Part shown: one piece after another, positions 59,930-64,000 of the stretch
Layout of the letters: each line of letters opens with the position of its first letter
How positions within the stretch are numbered: the first letter of the stretch is position 1
Source of the DNA: Antedon mediterranea
Lineage: Eukaryota > Animalia > Echinodermata
Assembly (NCBI RefSeq): GCF_964355755.1
Contig: NC_092670.1
Location: 7,678,201-7,742,200 of the forward strand
Direction: 5' to 3'
DNA length: 64,000 nucleotides
The notes under the pieces: model-generated
What the model was told of the DNA's origin: nothing
What the model saw: only the letters and a program-made list of their open reading frames with translations
The model's database searches: none
Position numbers and translations under genes: made by a program

Positions 59930-62904
59930 ATGTATGGTATTATCACAGATTTTCACCCACCAGATACATTCTCTCATACAACAAACGCCCTCACAATCAG
60001 TGGAGGCTTAACAAGTCAGAATAAATTCCAACTTTAATTCGCAACGGTTTTTTTAAATAATATTGTGTATATGTAAATCAATGATGTTGCGTAGCACTGT
60101 GTAAATTATATATAAATCATACTGTAAATTATAGAAACAGTGCTCATATTCGGAACATGATCTCATAATCGCGTCGAGCATAGCTCATTGGCGAAAGTTC
60201 CATACATGGCTCTGTGGTCTAGTGGTATGATACTCGCCCTGTAAGCGAGAGGTTGCAACGTATTATTTATTCCGCCATGCAAACCTTCAAACACTATAAT
60301 TTAAAGACAATAACATACACGTCATGCAATTGTTACAAATATAACATTTTTAAATAAAGCAATGGGTTTTTTTTAACCATAACAAATATGTTCATTCAGA
60401 GATTTCATTTTTAAAAAGGACATGTTGGCTGTATCTCCCGGGAAATCGCTTTACATTATGACGTTAATTGGACATCGTTTTCAATTACATTTTAATGATT
60501 TTTAGGTGATTATCATTTAACTTTGTTTTCCATCTTAAATTAGATGGTTCTACTTACTAAAGTTGTAATAGTTATCTAAATTTAAACCCCATTTTAAATT
60601 AAAACGTTATCATACTCTAACTCGTTTTCATACATTCGTGACCGTTGCATTTATTGCATTTGTCCACCTATCTCTAATATAATAATTTAGTAATCTAAGA
60701 AACTCGTATTATCTTTAGGTTTTTTCGTATACGCCCTAAATGTCGACGTCATCGACATACAATGTGTATTTTGTTTTGATTAATACAGTGTCGGATATCG
60801 TACTGCTGTATGATGCAATATAAATACGAATCTTGATACTATCATATATTTGTTTAATATAATACAAAAGGTATTCAGTTTTATAATAACGCAGACACGC
60901 ACCACCTGTTGCGTTGGGTAATCAAACAATACTAGTTTATTTTAATCAGCTATGAAAATATCATTCATACTCACGAAAGTAAAAATCAACACCAAATAAA
61001 AATATGTAAATCCTAAATTAGTCTGGTATTATTCGATTATTTCCAAAAGTGTGTGGTGACAGCATTACCCACAATTCAGTTAGAAAACCTATTATTGTAG
61101 CTCATGTAGAGAGAACCTTTTAGCACTTCAAGTGGCTGGTGGGAAGTATGGAATAACCTTCCTATATAATTGCAAGAAGCGACTTCTTACAATACGCTTA
61201 AATATAAGTACAAAACACAACACAAATGATGTATTTAAATAGAAACTTTAACTTGAGAACCTGTGTAACTTGCGATGTATTGTATTATTATTAATTATCT
61301 ATCTGTATTAAAAATGTAATTGTACTTGTATGTCTTTCTATAACATAAAACAAAACAAAACATTTTTGTAACTTTTGTAACTCATGACTATTCATTATTA
61401 TGCATGTATTTCTTTAATCATGGACCATTTTTAAGAAAATTATTTTTAATGAAAATGACATCCATGTAAAATAAGTTTATAAATAAATAAATAACGTGTA
61501 TTAAAAGTACTAGGCCTAATAGACCATAGAGGTTTGAAACTGACTTGCGATAGTCAGTTAGATAATTATTATCTCGTTACAACTATACAGAATCGGGTGC
61601 AAAATACCAAATGCAATGATTAGATAATATCTATTTGGATAAGTTTTGTTGTCAGGGAAGTCCATTTTCAGGTGGTTTCTGTACAATAATAGTTAAGTTA
61701 ATTTAAAAAAAAATTGCTATGATCAGCAACATCATATTTAGAAGGTTCCGGCCCAGTGTTAATAATCACAATAAAAGTATCGAAAACATTTCGAAACAAT
61801 TGTAAAATACGAGATTTTTAATTATCAGGCACCCAGGCGTCTATTTCAAAGTCCGCTGACAAAATTTCTGACAGAAACACAAATTTTCAATTCCCTTAAA
61901 TTAATCTTCCGTGGCTAAAAGGTTAGTAAGTGCTACATCAATAATTTAAATTTTTAGATGACACGATAACATTAAACATCTTTAATATGGAATAACCGGA
62001 CAAACAACACGCGATTAAAAAAACATCAATGTTTGTTATTATCCATATCAATATAAAAATTCGATGCAATTAAAAAACAATTTCCTATATCGTAATACTG
62101 CAGATGGAAGTTTGTTTACGTAACTGAACACTCATAAAAAAAATGAACTCTAAACTACATTTTCTTGAAAGGTTAGGTTATTAAACTTTATTTAATATAG
62201 GAGATTATATAAATTTGTTTGTCTTCTTTGTATACAACGTCTGTGCATCGTACCCACAGTGGTAAAACTTAGGTTAAGTTTAATGTGTATTATCTCCGTA
62301 CAGCAGAAAGTTAAAAATCAACACACTGAAAGGTAGAACAATAGATAGCCATTGCCAAAAATAACAATTGTCTTTTTTAATGATATAAAGACAAATTATA
62401 CCTCCAGTAATGCCATGACAACAGGTAAATAAAGTGATTATCATGTATCGTACTGTATGTTTGTTGATTATAGTTATATACATTATGGTTAATGGATGGG
62501 ATTTTATCTTGTGTTTTTATTAGCTTTTTTCCGTTGCTGCTGTAACTTTTTTTTGTGAGACGAGCATCACGATTTTCGGTGGACGAATAGGCCTACAGTT
62601 ACCTTATCTTATCTTAACGCATATTATCCTATTATAGTTTGCAACTCCTCGGGTCGATAAGTCGTTGTGTGGAGCGTATCTAGACATAGTGTTCTGTCGA
62701 CTTCTTGTGCCTACATGTTGTTTATTTCTGACAAGCATGATGGTGAATGTATAAAGACATGACTTTTTAGGGTAGAAACAAAATACACTACAGGAGCAGA
62801 CAAACAAAATGATATCAGTTCATCGCTAGGTTTGGAAGCCATTTTTTTTGCAAACATGTTTAAACGTCTTTAGGCCAGGCCTAACTTAATTGTTGATAGA
62901 AAGT

Positions 62905-63015
62905 TTTTTCCACTTGTGGACGCAACAAAAAACGTAGGCACAACGTTAGGGAGTGAGTTGACCAATCACAAGTGACAGTTCAGATGATCCATCCCGTCGT
63001 GATTGGGAACCAAGA
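62905..63015. mobile_element. Degenerate MITE family A
   Basis: ttcccact...gacgcaac...gaccaatcacaag...gtgattgggaaccaag. Confidence 0.5.
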
Positions 63016-64000
63016 TTTACCATTAATTTGTGCACTAAAATGTATGTTTAGAGATAAAAATAAATTACATAATATTTAACAAGTAACAAACTTCACTAAG
63101 ATTAATTTTTCAAGAAATTAGATTTTCTCAGAATGTGTCCTTAGAGTACCACATTCAGGTAATCAATAATACTTCTTATAATTGGTTATTTAATGAATTA
63201 ACACATAAAATCGAAAGAAGAAGGAAGACTATTTGATCTTAATTACACTCGCGTGTAAGATTTCTCCAGACATTGTGTCTGTCTTTAATGAATAAATGCA
63301 TGTTCAATTCAATTCAATTCAATTTCTTTATTGCTGCAAATGCCACCAAGGGCTAATATCCGCTTAAACATACTACATCATACAAACATATACATATTTA
63401 CATTTAAAATTTAAACACATAAAAGATATAGTGATTACTACTGTTGTAGTTATTATTGTAATTATTGTAATTATTGTTATTATGATTATATTTCTAGGAA
63501 TTTCAATTTTGATCGACTTGGGTTGTTGACACGGAAGTACTCTTCAAACAAAATATGAAAGGTCAATGTATTGGGTTTTATTTAATAGCTTTAAACTTTA
63601 TGGTAACATACTCGTAGAAAAAATGTCGTTGTATGTGTATTAATTGTTTATTGTTTAAAAAATAAACACCATTAATTACTAGTTTGAAGTATCATAATGT
63701 ATCAAGCTGAATATAAAATTAACAAATTGTTCCAATTTTAGACGCCGAGAAGAACAGTTATAAAACTAGACGGCGGGCACTCTATACAGATAGATTTTCG
63801 CGTGATCGGAACATATAGTACCGTTTATTATCATGACAAATATCAATTTTCCGTTCAGAGAACGAAAGCTTATGTTTCCACTAAGCGAATTTGTTCGCGC
63901 GAATTCAACGTTTCGCAGAGAAAAAAAATCGCGCTACCCTTATGTTCATCGAGTTTCGCCGAGCTTTTCGAGTCGCATGAGTGCTCAAGAATATTTTCTG

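Larger units (their letters stand above)
59372..60257. repeat. 368-bp tandem duplication (~2.3 copies) carrying a tRNA-like sequence, ending in an inverted fragment
   Basis: Units at ~59372, 59740 and 60108 are almost identical; an inverted tRNA-like piece lies at 60202-60257. Confidence 0.93.

Noticed and set aside
60300-64000. Short ORFs and possible exons at the window end
   Set aside because: AT-rich, with no coherent reading frames or recognisable motifs.

Overview
AT-rich, intron-rich animal genomic DNA; a marine invertebrate, possibly an echinoderm, is my inference only. Five host genes can be reconstructed by hand: (1) a complete 13-exon lipoxygenase on the minus strand (393-10560); (2) a single-ORF C2H2 zinc-finger gene with 24 tandem fingers (15746-18301, minus); (3) head-to-head with it, mitochondrial t6A synthase OSGEPL1/Qri7 (19953-29111, plus); (4) a secreted neurotrophin/Spaetzle-like prepro-protein (40868-43363, minus); (5) a class A GPCR with an intronless CDS (55662-56660, minus). 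The remainder is dense in mobile-element debris and tandem repeats: a Deu/Nin-type SINE, Helentron-like, MULE-like, Kolobok-like and TA-flanked MITEs, Sola1-like and pogo-like transposase relics, a Penelope relic, and tRNA-like repeats. Most notable: a 28-copy minisatellite made of 5' splice-site consensus sequences just inside a LOX intron; a neurotrophin-like ligand that appears to have lost one whole disulfide pair; a predicted myristoylated R-type LOX; a Penelope RT with its YRDD segment inverted; and two Helentron-like elements with different ends but a shared interior. All calls are by eye without database searches, and repeat boundaries are approximate.
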